This document shows positions 19,815 to 28,724 of a stretch of 64,000 bases of DNA, piece after piece. Numbering within the stretch: the stretch's first letter is position 1; the number at the start of each line of letters is the position of its first letter. The notes beneath the pieces were generated by a model. That model saw only the letters and a list, made by a program, of their open reading frames with translations. It was not told the origin of the DNA and ran no database searches. The position numbers and the translations under genes were made by a program. Location of the stretch: positions 29,757 to 93,756 of IMG/VR virus record IMGVR_UViG_3300045988_122031; one strand, 5' to 3'. This DNA is from a virus.

Positions 19815-20285
19815 TTACACCCATGCTCGAATACTACAATGACCCATCTTAAGATAAAAATCATATATATATGTACATAATTTTTTCTCATCGTCAAATA
19901 TCTTGTCAGACATTTGCACCCACCAAGCATGTAATCTTTTCTTTTCTGTATTCAAAACCAGTACAGGAATATGACGTTCATATGCAATTGCAATCTCCAT
20001 AGATGTACCAATGCTTTTCGGATCATTCGCATTTACTACAACAAGATCACTATTTCTAACAAAATTTGTATCAAATCTCATTACTTCTTTTTCTGTATCA
20101 TGCAACTCTGTTTGAAAATTGTAATAATCAACAGGGTTAATAATATTAACTTCTTTCATATTAACATTAAGAATCCTACGCATAGCAATAATTTGATTGC
20201 AAATTCTTTCTCTCCAAGCATTCTGCTCTTCAAACGATAAATCCTGCATACCGCCTGCTAAATAAATCTGAAATACATTACTCAC
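19815..20285 (-). CDS. Nucleoside 2-deoxyribosyltransferase-like (NDT/Rcl-DNPH1 fold) protein
   Basis: FQIYLAGGM (N-terminal YLAG motif) and GTSMEIAIAYERHIPVLVL (GTxxExGxA catalytic Glu region). Confidence 0.55.
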   Translation of the reverse strand: MSNVFQIYLAGGMQDLSFEEQNAWRERICNQIIAMRRILNVNMKEVNIINPVDYYNFQTELHDTEKEVMRFDTNFVRNSDLVVVNANDPKSIGTSMEIAIAYERHIPVLVLNTEKKRLHAWWVQMSDKIFDDEKKLCTYIYDFYLKMGHCSIRAWV

Positions 20286-20827
20286 TGTTTCATTTCTCCT
20301 TTCACAACATAGGACTCAATCAATCCTTTTCTTAGTCGATCATTCATATCCTGAATCGCTTCCTCAATTGTCTTAAATTTACATGAACAAATATGCTCTT
20401 TGGTCAAATTAACAAATGAATATGTGCCATCTGACTTGTTCCTAAAAATAACAACCACTGATTCTTCTCCATCTGGTTTCTTAACAATAAATCTGAGCGC
20501 ACCTTTTTGTGTTTCCTTTTTATTTTCAAGTAAAATAGTATAATTGATTTTTAACCAGCTACCATATGCCCATACTTGTTTAATTTTTTCTTCAGCATTT
20601 TGAAGTACACAATGTCTATAATCAATACTCTCGATATTATAGACAAGTGATTCAATGGCTTCTTTATCATTTTTTATTGTAATTTGACCATGCGTTCCAT
20701 TTCTTCCATCTGCAATCGCATCAATAAATTCTTCTACAGTATATTCTTTATCAAGCACAACATCATATTTAGTATATTTATCGTTATCAGAACGTGGGCG
20801 TTTTATTAATTTAAACATCCCTATCAC
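20282..20827 (-). CDS. Hypothetical protein
   Basis: 181-aa ORF. Confidence 0.5.
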   Translation of the reverse strand: MIGMFKLIKRPRSDNDKYTKYDVVLDKEYTVEEFIDAIADGRNGTHGQITIKNDKEAIESLVYNIESIDYRHCVLQNAEEKIKQVWAYGSWLKINYTILLENKKETQKGALRFIVKKPDGEESVVVIFRNKSDGTYSFVNLTKEHICSCKFKTIEEAIQDMNDRLRKGLIESYVVKGEMKQ

Positions 20828-21005
20828 CTACTTTCTTATCAAATGTTTCTTGCAAATTTAACCAGAACTGCCCATCATCAGCAAACCCATAATGGTCTGC
20901 CATTGTTTTCGCAAATTCTTTTGTAACACTTTGTAATCCGTCAATCAGCCCTTGCACATAATCAACATCTATGCCAATTTTACTCGCAAGCTGATAAGGA
21001 GTCAT
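20811..21005 (-). CDS. HigA-like HTH (XRE family) domain protein; the conserved N-terminal segment lies upstream of the first ATG
   Basis: YQLASKIGID...VQGLIDG...EFAKTMADHYGFADDGQFWLNLQETFD (HigA FWLNLQ hallmark). The in-frame upstream sequence FHPGECLEEFVESCR matches the HigA HPGE motif but has no start codon. Confidence 0.5.
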   Translation of the reverse strand: MTPYQLASKIGIDVDYVQGLIDGLQSVTKEFAKTMADHYGFADDGQFWLNLQETFDKKVGDRDV

Positions 21006-21081
21006 CCTACAAGATTCAACAAATTCTTCTAAGCATTCGCCAGGATGAAAGCAATTTCGTCTCCAATCTTTACATACATTT

Positions 21082-21912
21082 TTACACCATTCCTCTCACA
21101 ATTCGTTCATTTGTTGTCATCAAGAAGTTATTGATACGATCCCAGTCTGGTTCGTCTGGCAAAGTTGTAGTTTTAAATGCGTTTTCAAAAGCTTGATAAA
21201 AGCAATCAAATAGCTCCCCAAAATCATTAGATGGAACAAATCGTTTGATTATATCATCAGTCGCTCTTCCTTTGATCACCATACTACTACAATAAGCTCC
21301 GTCTCTCAGTAATAATAAACTTTGCCTGAGAAGCTCGAAGTTGTAAGTTTGCATTGTAGATGTTGTCAATAACGCTGTTCCATTGTGTATTACTCTAATT
21401 ACATGCATCATCGCCTTACAAACCTTCTTCTTTACTAAATTAATCTGATCTTCTGTTAAGATAGTTTCGTCATACAATCTGATTGTTTGTTCTTCTAAAG
21501 CCTGTGAATATCCGTTAAATGCATACCAAATTTTCTTTGATAAAAACATATCTCGATTTTTAATCAACTCCATACCAATATCGGATACATATAAATAGCA
21601 TTCTGGACGATTATACAACAACTCTAATGCTGTAGGATTCCCTTTGGCACATAAGTCAATATATTTTTTTAATGCATACATTACAGTATCAGTGTCTTTG
21701 CTGGCGTCTACCGATTTCATACTATTATTCAACAAAATCTCTCTTTTATCACTAAGGAAAACACCACGTAAATCAATGTCAGAATCCTCTGTATTTGTTC
21801 CGTAAGCATAACTTCCACCTAGTGTGAGAAAAGCGATTTTATGAGGATAATCTCGCAAAAAATCATACTCTGTAGACGAGTTTATGTAATCTTTCACTTC
21901 TTCAATTGTCAT
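21082..21912 (-). CDS. Pol-beta superfamily nucleotidyltransferase (PF10127-like predicted NTase)
   Basis: LGGSYAYGTNTEDSDIDLRGVF fits GS-x(10)-DxD. Confidence 0.6.
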   Translation of the reverse strand: MTIEEVKDYINSSTEYDFLRDYPHKIAFLTLGGSYAYGTNTEDSDIDLRGVFLSDKREILLNNSMKSVDASKDTDTVMYALKKYIDLCAKGNPTALELLYNRPECYLYVSDIGMELIKNRDMFLSKKIWYAFNGYSQALEEQTIRLYDETILTEDQINLVKKKVCKAMMHVIRVIHNGTALLTTSTMQTYNFELLRQSLLLLRDGAYCSSMVIKGRATDDIIKRFVPSNDFGELFDCFYQAFENAFKTTTLPDEPDWDRINNFLMTTNERIVRGMV

Positions 21913-22460
21913 GATCTCACCGCCTTTGCCCTATGCATTATTTTTTTAATATTACCAAGTTGCCAACTTACCCATTGAATACTCTTTCCAAATTCTTTAG
22001 CTATGTATTTATGTTCAATATCATCAAGTAACATATATATAATTTTCTTCTGCTTGTCTGACAATTTGTTAAATTCTCCTTGATAATATACTGTTGTTAA
22101 TGCTTGACTCTCTACGGCATCGTTACTCACAAGCAAACTACCAATTGTTAATTCTTCTGCGTCAATTCTTTCGTCAACAGGTGTATCCAATGATTCCGCA
22201 TTTCTGTTCATTTTCTCTGTTGGGCTATGCCATTTTATATAATATTTATTAATTTCTGACTGTAATACCCATCTAAAATACGTCCCAAAATTACCTTTAG
22301 ACTCATCCCATTTTAATGCTGCTTTGCAAATTGCCATACGACCAAGATCCATATATGTATCAAAATCTTTAAATTTTGTAAAATACTTCTCATGCAAATG
22401 CCAAATCAAAGAATAATTATCTTCAATCAGCTTTCGCTGTTCATCATTTAGTTTCTTCAC
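21909..22460 (-). CDS. Second phage sigma-70 family sigma factor
   Basis: MKKLNDEQRKLIEDNYSLIWH... (region 2) and YIAKEFGKSIQWVSWQLGNIKKIM (region 4). Its N-terminus is near-identical in pattern to 15345..15887. Confidence 0.7.
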   Translation of the reverse strand: MKKLNDEQRKLIEDNYSLIWHLHEKYFTKFKDFDTYMDLGRMAICKAALKWDESKGNFGTYFRWVLQSEINKYYIKWHSPTEKMNRNAESLDTPVDERIDAEELTIGSLLVSNDAVESQALTTVYYQGEFNKLSDKQKKIIYMLLDDIEHKYIAKEFGKSIQWVSWQLGNIKKIMHRAKAVRS

Positions 22461-23247
22461 ATTTCTTAGCCTCCTGTTCTTTAATAAATTGCTCTACTTC
22501 ATCTGTATAATCTAACCCAAAATAATACTCTGCATGTCTTCCAGGATGAGGCACAATCATATCTATAGCATTTGGGACTTCTTTGTTTATTTCTTTATAA
22601 ATATCACCACTGCATTTTAATGTACCCATTACTAAATCATGTATAGAATATTTATTTTTAATACATGGAATTGGAGGGTCGTTAAACAAGTGGCTAATAA
22701 AAGGATGTATGCTTCGTTCATTTCTTGCTTTTATATACGCTTTGTCCATCATATCTTTCATTATATGTATAGCCTTGCAAACATCTTCACTAGCCAATTC
22801 ATAAACTAATGCTTTAGTAGATTCATAATATACATCATCTGTATATGTACTATTAGAATATAATTTATAAACTTCATTGCCATTTGATTTATCAATACAT
22901 ATGTTATCAATAGAAATTTTCTCACCGTTTTTTAATACAATTTCATCACAACACAATATTGCAGGAGATGTAATATGCATTGTTTCGATTGGCACATAAT
23001 CTGTATATTCATACAAATAAGACTGCATAAGTATTTTTAAATTATAATCAAAACGATAATACATTTCATCTAACTCGTCACAATTTTTGTATTCTAAAGA
23101 CTCAATTTCAGCAAACTCATCTCCCAGACAAATACCACGCACTACTTCGAACTTTCTTCTTCTATAAATTTCCACATCGGCTTCCCAATCTGGATCTCTG
23201 TTTTTACTAAAAGCAAGTTCAATTTCTCTTGTATTTTTCCTTGACAT
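22444..23247 (-). CDS. Hypothetical protein
   Basis: 267-aa ORF between the sigma factor and DHH genes. Confidence 0.5.
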   Translation of the reverse strand: MSRKNTREIELAFSKNRDPDWEADVEIYRRRKFEVVRGICLGDEFAEIESLEYKNCDELDEMYYRFDYNLKILMQSYLYEYTDYVPIETMHITSPAILCCDEIVLKNGEKISIDNICIDKSNGNEVYKLYSNSTYTDDVYYESTKALVYELASEDVCKAIHIMKDMMDKAYIKARNERSIHPFISHLFNDPPIPCIKNKYSIHDLVMGTLKCSGDIYKEINKEVPNAIDMIVPHPGRHAEYYFGLDYTDEVEQFIKEQEAKKCEETK

Positions 23248-23250
23248 ACA

Positions 23251-24204
23251 TCACACTCCTAATACATATTTATCACATCTGAACCCAGCTGCATTTGGAT
23301 GACCGCCACCACCATATTTCACAGCAAGCTCATACACATTTACTTTATCTTGTTCTGCGGATCGTAGCTGATATTCCCACATACTTCCATTGAATGAAAA
23401 ACCGATAAACATATCGTATTTAGAAGCATCAATAGATTCGAAGAAATCAGAATTGATTAACGCTCTGTTGATTGCATAGACTTTATGTCCCTCAAATATG
23501 GTTTCAAAACCATATGCTCTAAGATATTGTTCTGCATTTGCTGCTAAATACTCAATAATTGATAAGCCATCTGCTATCATATCACCAATAATTTTTGCTG
23601 CTTCATAAATTCCTTGATCTTTATTTAACGTGTTTAGCAATGGACTTAACGCATCAAAATCATACGATTCAAATGCATAGTGAAATGCTTTTACGAATTG
23701 TTTTGACGTTTCACCAAAATAAAATGTATCCCACATGGCTGTATATTCTGCCAGTTTTGGATAATCTGCTTTATATTTATATATATTGAGTAATCTTTTT
23801 ACATTTTTCTCATCCGTCCTCTCAATTTGCTCCCAATTTTCATCACACATATATTTAAAATATAACCATGTCAAATTCGCTCCTGAAATACCCGCTCCAG
23901 TAATTCTGATTCCTTTTACATCACACTTGAAATCTTTATACGCTTCAATCGTAGACTGATGATGGTCGATCCAAAATACATTCTTTGTAATACTGAGCAA
24001 CTGCCACATCTCTTCTGGCTCAATACTGTAGTCTACAATAAACACAAATTCATCCTGCTCAATGTCATGAAACGGGAATTTCATACCGTAATTAATTTTT
24101 CGAAAGTCCTCTGGTTCAAATGCCAAGCCTCGCTGTTCGCAAGCTTTTCTGACGTAGAATCCAGACACGATTCCGTCTTGATCCACATGATAAAAACATT
24201 TCAT
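23251..24204 (-). CDS. DHH-DHHA1 family phosphoesterase (NrnA-like nanoRNase/pAp phosphatase fold)
   Basis: FYHVDQDGIVSG (motif I/II), FWIDHHQS (DHH) and a C-terminal GGGGHPNAAGF (DHHA1 GGGH motif). Confidence 0.7.
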   Translation of the reverse strand: MKCFYHVDQDGIVSGFYVRKACEQRGLAFEPEDFRKINYGMKFPFHDIEQDEFVFIVDYSIEPEEMWQLLSITKNVFWIDHHQSTIEAYKDFKCDVKGIRITGAGISGANLTWLYFKYMCDENWEQIERTDEKNVKRLLNIYKYKADYPKLAEYTAMWDTFYFGETSKQFVKAFHYAFESYDFDALSPLLNTLNKDQGIYEAAKIIGDMIADGLSIIEYLAANAEQYLRAYGFETIFEGHKVYAINRALINSDFFESIDASKYDMFIGFSFNGSMWEYQLRSAEQDKVNVYELAVKYGGGGHPNAAGFRCDKYVLGV

Positions 24205-24254
24205 TCTTTAGTCCTCCTTCTCATTTCTCTGTTTATATACAAACATCTACTAAT

Positions 24255-24884
24255 CTATCTTTTTGAAAAGATATAATCCAATTGATTTTTAATATCATTC
24301 AAAGACAAAATTTCTTTCTTATATCGTTTAAATTGAATGTCATGCAGTATCTTTTCATATTCTCTCTCTTTCTTATAGTGATCCAAGATCAACTCTTTAA
24401 GACGAATAGAATATTTCATATGATATCTGTTTTGAAAAATCATTCCCCTCAAAATATTTAGATCAATATGTGGATTTTCTTCTAATACAATATCTAATGT
24501 ATTGCTTTCCTTTGCCTTTATATAAAGCTCATCATACCATACGTTTCTTTTTATGTCGTACACTAAAGAATCTAAGTTGAAAAATACAGTAAAAGGTAAA
24601 TTCTTTAGATAATCTTCTTCAGAACAGTTAATGATATTCTCTCTATATGCCCATGTTTGCTCTATTCTCCATACATCAACAACAATGTCATGGTAGGTAA
24701 TTTTATATCCATCAAAAAAGTTCTTTCTGGCATGATATTTTTTACAAACTGCATCAAACTTATCTGTTTCTTTTGTATCAATCACAACGTCAATATCTTT
24801 TGCATCTTTAATGTTGCCTGTTTCTAAAAATTCTCTTGGGGCTCCGCCTATCAAGTAAAGATCCCCTGTATTATACAGTTCCAT
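24255..24884 (-). CDS. Minimal nucleotidyltransferase with a poly(A)-polymerase/CCA-adding-enzyme head domain
   Basis: DLYLIGGAPREFLETGNIKDAKDIDVVID matches the class II NTase GGxVRD...DxD head-domain signature. At 209 aa it lacks the body and tail domains. Confidence 0.55.
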   Translation of the reverse strand: MELYNTGDLYLIGGAPREFLETGNIKDAKDIDVVIDTKETDKFDAVCKKYHARKNFFDGYKITYHDIVVDVWRIEQTWAYRENIINCSEEDYLKNLPFTVFFNLDSLVYDIKRNVWYDELYIKAKESNTLDIVLEENPHIDLNILRGMIFQNRYHMKYSIRLKELILDHYKKEREYEKILHDIQFKRYKKEILSLNDIKNQLDYIFSKR

Positions 24885-24958
24885 AAATAATTGTTGTGCT
24901 GATTTATAATGATTTAGACAGTTTTCAATACTGTTGTTTTCATAGCCCTTCTTAGTTT

Positions 24959-25270
24959 TTATTCTTTTTCCTCCTTTACAAGCTTAACTTTATAACCAAG
25001 TTCCTTTTCAATTTCTTCAATCGTCATTTCTTTTGGCGGAGAATAACTCATATTCAAACTATCAATATCAGTTTCCATATTCCAAACACTTCTGTAAATC
25101 AATCTTCCTACCAAAATACAAATTGCTTTCTTAACTTCTTGTGCTGTCGGTGGATAATGATCTAATGATGCAATAATATGTTTGTAGTTTTCTTCATTCA
25201 ATAAAACACGCTTAGAGTCAAGCGATGAATCCTCTTCTTCTCGTGATTCAATATATAAAAAGTGGTTCAT
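24959..25270 (-). CDS. Hypothetical protein
   Basis: 103-aa ORF. Confidence 0.5.
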   Translation of the reverse strand: MNHFLYIESREEEDSSLDSKRVLLNEENYKHIIASLDHYPPTAQEVKKAICILVGRLIYRSVWNMETDIDSLNMSYSPPKEMTIEEIEKELGYKVKLVKEEKE

Positions 25271-25437
25271 GTTATCTCTCCTTTCTCAATTTCTTCTTTA
25301 ATAATTCTATATGCAAGAGCCTCATCAGACTCTTTGTCATTAATTCCATTTCTTTCTAATAGCCTGTCCAATTCGTCTGGGCTCAACTGATCAAAGAATC
25401 GTTTTATTTCTTGTTTACGTTCTTGTCTTGTTTTCAT
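25267..25437 (-). CDS. Small hypothetical protein (56 aa), not in the ORF track
   Basis: Manual translation MKTRQERKQEIKRFFDQLSPDELDRLLERNGINDKESDEALAYRIIKEEIEKGEIT. It has an ATGA stop/start overlap with the downstream gene. Confidence 0.4.
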   Translation of the reverse strand: MKTRQERKQEIKRFFDQLSPDELDRLLERNGINDKESDEALAYRIIKEEIEKGEIT

Positions 25438-25644
25438 TTTTTTGTTTAAATTCCTTTAGTTCTGTTATTTTTTATAGTTGCCAAACCCCCAAATAACATA
25501 AATCCGACAAAATAACATAGATTTTAGTGAGTGCTATAACAAACCTCACTTTTGGCGTACTCAAAAACTATTTGAGCAGAATATTTTTATATTCCAAAAA
25601 CACACCAAATATTTTAAAATTTTTATTTTGTTTCTTAGCCATAT

Positions 25645-25830
25645 CTACTTCACTACCTTACCATCTGGCATTATAAATTCCCAATACCCATCACTATTTT
25701 CAACTTCTTTTGGCTCTTCTTTATCTATTTTCTCCATCAACTTCTGCGCTCGTTCAATATCTTCTTTTGTCCAATTTTCTACTTCGTCAATCAAACCTTG
25801 CAAAAACTTCAATGATTCTTGTTTACTCAT
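25645..25830 (-). CDS. Hypothetical protein
   Basis: 61-aa ORF and first gene after the 25440-25640 intergenic region. Confidence 0.45.
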   Translation of the reverse strand: MSKQESLKFLQGLIDEVENWTKEDIERAQKLMEKIDKEEPKEVENSDGYWEFIMPDGKVVK

Positions 25831-25835
25831 GAGTC

Positions 25836-26117
25836 TTATTCCTCACATTTTCTACCATATAGTAAGAATCCAAGATCTCGTATTCTACCTATCTTACGAT
25901 CATCCTTGTTTTCAAAAAATTCTAAAGAGTAAATATCACGATTAGAGATGTTTACTGGTTTGTCAAATTTAACGGTCATATATCTATACCCATATCTACG
26001 ACCAATCTCATCTGTTCCGATGCGAGTAATTGTACCTTTGTCGTTATTTCTAACCAAACCTCCTTTAGCCGCTGGCTTCATTCTATAAATATAAACTCTA
26101 TCTCCGACCTTTAGCAT
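25836..26117 (-). CDS. Hypothetical protein
   Basis: 93-aa ORF. Confidence 0.5.
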   Translation of the reverse strand: MLKVGDRVYIYRMKPAAKGGLVRNNDKGTITRIGTDEIGRRYGYRYMTVKFDKPVNISNRDIYSLEFFENKDDRKIGRIRDLGFLLYGRKCEE

Positions 26118-26426
26118 TTACTTACCTTCCATTTCTTCATAAAGCTCTCTAAATTTTCTAAAATCATCCACACTACCACCATTGTCTGGATGACTTTTCT
26201 TCATTGCATACTTCACTGCATCCTTAACATCTGAACGAGTTTCTTCCTTATTATATGTACCATTTTCTTTGTCGTTCGCATCAGCCATGAATGACATTTT
26301 ATCTAAGATCAGATTTACATTTGTCTGTCTCATCCGATCTAACTTTCTTTCATATCTTAGAAATACAATCACTCCAACGATACAAAACCCAATGGCAAAC
26401 TCAATATTAGCTCCCATATTAATCAC
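26118..26426 (-). CDS. Membrane-anchored J-domain (DnaJ-like) protein
   Basis: N-terminal TM (IEFAIGFCIVGVIVFL) and C-terminal YAMKKSHPDNGGSVDDFRKFRELYEEM with the HPD tripeptide of J domains. Confidence 0.55.
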   Translation of the reverse strand: MINMGANIEFAIGFCIVGVIVFLRYERKLDRMRQTNVNLILDKMSFMADANDKENGTYNKEETRSDVKDAVKYAMKKSHPDNGGSVDDFRKFRELYEEMEGK

Positions 26427-26614
26427 CTCCCTTTACATAAAACTCAGATTTTACTCTATTACATATCTTTTCTCACAACCACATTTCTTGCAGCGATAAA
26501 CTTTTTCACACTTATAAGGCTTAGTTGATTTATTGCTCCAATATATATCTGAATCAAATATCTGTTCCCACTCATGTTTGCAGAAACAAGATCTTATATA
26601 CCAAATTAATTTTC

Positions 26615-26797
26615 TCATTCATTATCATCCTCTTCTGGTCTTAACATAATACCAAGACCCGTACACATTCCAGTAAGTTTCTTGTCCATTGCCTTAATTC
26701 TTTTGTAATTGTAATAGGTCATATATGGTACTCCAACACCAATTGCTATGATCACCATAAACGCCAATATCCAAATTATGTAAAATAAAACGTCCAT
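26615..26797 (-). CDS. Small membrane protein
   Basis: VLFYIIWILAFMVIIAIGVGVPY hydrophobic segment. Confidence 0.4.
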   Translation of the reverse strand: MDVLFYIIWILAFMVIIAIGVGVPYMTYYNYKRIKAMDKKLTGMCTGLGIMLRPEEDDNE

Positions 26798-26798
26798 T

Positions 26799-27065
26799 TT
26801 ATCTTTCTCCTTTTCTTCGATCTCTTTCTATTTTTCTAAGATACCTTCTTTGTTTTTCGACCACATTAAATGCAAAATCATCTATGTGTCCATACGATGC
26901 AAAGTTTCGTGCCATTGTCAAATCCCCATAAATCTTATGATATGTTTCGTTTTTGACCATTTCTTTTCTGCAATAATATAATGCGTTACATAATGTTGTT
27001 AACTCTGTTGCATCCAATCTAATGATCGCCTCACTATCTTCTTTGGAAAGATTTAAAATCTGCAT
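26799..27065 (-). CDS. Hypothetical protein (start reassigned to the internal Met with an AGGAG RBS)
   Basis: The track ORF 26799..27206 overlaps the upstream gene. AAAGGAG-8 nt-ATG lies at 27065. Confidence 0.45.
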   Translation of the reverse strand: MQILNLSKEDSEAIIRLDATELTTLCNALYYCRKEMVKNETYHKIYGDLTMARNFASYGHIDDFAFNVVEKQRRYLRKIERDRRKGER

Positions 27066-27090
27066 ATCAACAACTCCTTTCTGTCTACTA

Positions 27091-27576
27091 CTATCGCCTG
27101 AAATCGAACCACCATACTGTGTAAAAATTCTTTTGAAAATATGTATCATCACCGTCATCAAGTTCCTCAAAATATTTCCTACCTCGTTCCTTGACGTCAT
27201 CTTCATTGAAACAACTATATGCCCAACCTGGAATTGTGTAAGATTCCTTATCTTCTAAGCAGAGATTCAACAAATCTTTGACCATCATCTGCAATTCTTC
27301 TTCATCATATCCCTGCGTCATTACATCAAAATATGGGATATATGCCATATATGGAACTGAGTCATTTTCATCTTTCAGAACTACGACAGGAAATGTTAGA
27401 TTATAATTCATGTCAGCCTTGCTCCCTTGAATTGTAAATATTATTTTTTCTTCATCATCAACACAATTTGTAAGTGCAAATAGCGAAACATCTCTAAGTG
27501 CGTATCTGTATCTAATATCTTTTATTTCCTTTCTGTTTATGTTTTTTCTTTTTGTATGGTATACAATCACTAGCAT
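27091..27576 (-). CDS. Hypothetical protein (start uncertain)
   Basis: 161-aa ORF. It overlaps 27512..27715 in another frame. Confidence 0.45.
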   Translation of the reverse strand: MLVIVYHTKRKNINRKEIKDIRYRYALRDVSLFALTNCVDDEEKIIFTIQGSKADMNYNLTFPVVVLKDENDSVPYMAYIPYFDVMTQGYDEEELQMMVKDLLNLCLEDKESYTIPGWAYSCFNEDDVKERGRKYFEELDDGDDTYFQKNFYTVWWFDFRR

Positions 27577-27715
27577 AAACCCACAACCATCTATGATTTA
27601 TATATATTAAGAACGACGCAACTGCTTCCCCATCTACGTTGGCAAGACATCTCCTAATATGTTCTGTATTTGTTCCATACACTTTGTACGGCTTACCTTT
27701 ATATAAGATTTTCAT
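27512..27715 (-). CDS. Small basic hypothetical protein
   Basis: GGAGGA RBS 8 nt before the ATG at 27715. The assignment is tentative because it overlaps a neighbouring ORF. Confidence 0.35.
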   Translation of the reverse strand: MKILYKGKPYKVYGTNTEHIRRCLANVDGEAVASFLIYINHRWLWVYASDCIPYKKKKHKQKGNKRY

Positions 27716-27717
27716 AA

Positions 27718-28182
27718 TTATTCTCCTCCAAAATAAATCCACCACTTAGTAACATTGCAATCAATTTCTTTTTCTTTTAATTTTTCGATCTTACGATTAT
27801 TGCTTTGGTATGTATCCATCTGTTCTTTAACAAGTTCATTACTTCTTAATTCAGGATATGTTGTAATCAATGCTATTCCATCACCAGCTTTAAATTCTTT
27901 GTATGTATCCTTTTCATGATCCATGTAACTCTTAACAGTCACATCAATCTTTCTCTCAAGCTGCCGATTCTGTGTTTCATACATTTTGATTTTCTGATTG
28001 ACACCTTGATTTTCATATAGATTACTCAGTAGTAAACATAAAAGTACGATAACAACAAAGTTAATCAGAATTAATACAACACTAAGAACATCAAGATCAG
28101 CAGAGGAGTAATCCTTATTTTTAGCATAATGATAATAGGTTATTGAAGCAATTATAGTAATTACAAGTATTGTTATCAGCAT
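27718..28182 (-). CDS. Membrane protein (two TM helices)
   Basis: MLITILVITIIASITYYHY and LSVVLILINFVVIVLLCLLL. Confidence 0.5.
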   Translation of the reverse strand: MLITILVITIIASITYYHYAKNKDYSSADLDVLSVVLILINFVVIVLLCLLLSNLYENQGVNQKIKMYETQNRQLERKIDVTVKSYMDHEKDTYKEFKAGDGIALITTYPELRSNELVKEQMDTYQSNNRKIEKLKEKEIDCNVTKWWIYFGGE

Positions 28183-28724
28183 TACTCATCCACCTCACAA
28201 TCGGCATCAAATAGATATTTCATGATACGTTTCACTCCAACCTTATTTGCTGCATCCTCAGCAATTTCTTTAGACGTAAAATATATATCGTCACGTATAA
28301 CACTCCATACACTTGTAGTTATGAAATCATCCGCATCGATATCATATCCGATTCTATAATGCTCATTTTCTCCATCCCATTCTTCTTGATCAGGATCATT
28401 GTGCTCATCAGCAAATCTCTGAAGCTCGGTCTTAATTTTCTGTTTTTCTCTTGCAATGCCAGCTTCTTCTTTAGTTCTGAAGCAATTCCCCATAGAATAT
28501 CTTCCATAGTCTATGGGACCATTTACCCATTCACAATTATCAACTTGTCCATCACTACTTATGTACCAATACCAGTCTCCGTATTCGGGCTTCCAAACTT
28601 TAGGCTTTGATTTCTTTTCTTCTTTCGGTTCCGATCTTTCACAAAACTGCTCAAATAATGATTTAAATAAATTCTGTTGTGCTTCAGATAATTTCGAAAT
28701 ATCAATTGTTTTTGTTGCACTCAT
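28182..28724 (-). CDS. Hypothetical protein
   Basis: 180-aa ORF. Confidence 0.5.
   Translation of the reverse strand: MSATKTIDISKLSEAQQNLFKSLFEQFCERSEPKEEKKSKPKVWKPEYGDWYWYISSDGQVDNCEWVNGPIDYGRYSMGNCFRTKEEAGIAREKQKIKTELQRFADEHNDPDQEEWDGENEHYRIGYDIDADDFITTSVWSVIRDDIYFTSKEIAEDAANKVGVKRIMKYLFDADCEVDE

Noticed and set aside
25568-25642. 24-aa mini-ORF (MAKKQNKNFKIFGVFLEYKNILLK) starting 3 nt after the stop of 25645..25830
   Set aside because: It is too short and has no distinctive features. It may be a translational-coupling artefact or a leader peptide, and the support is insufficient.
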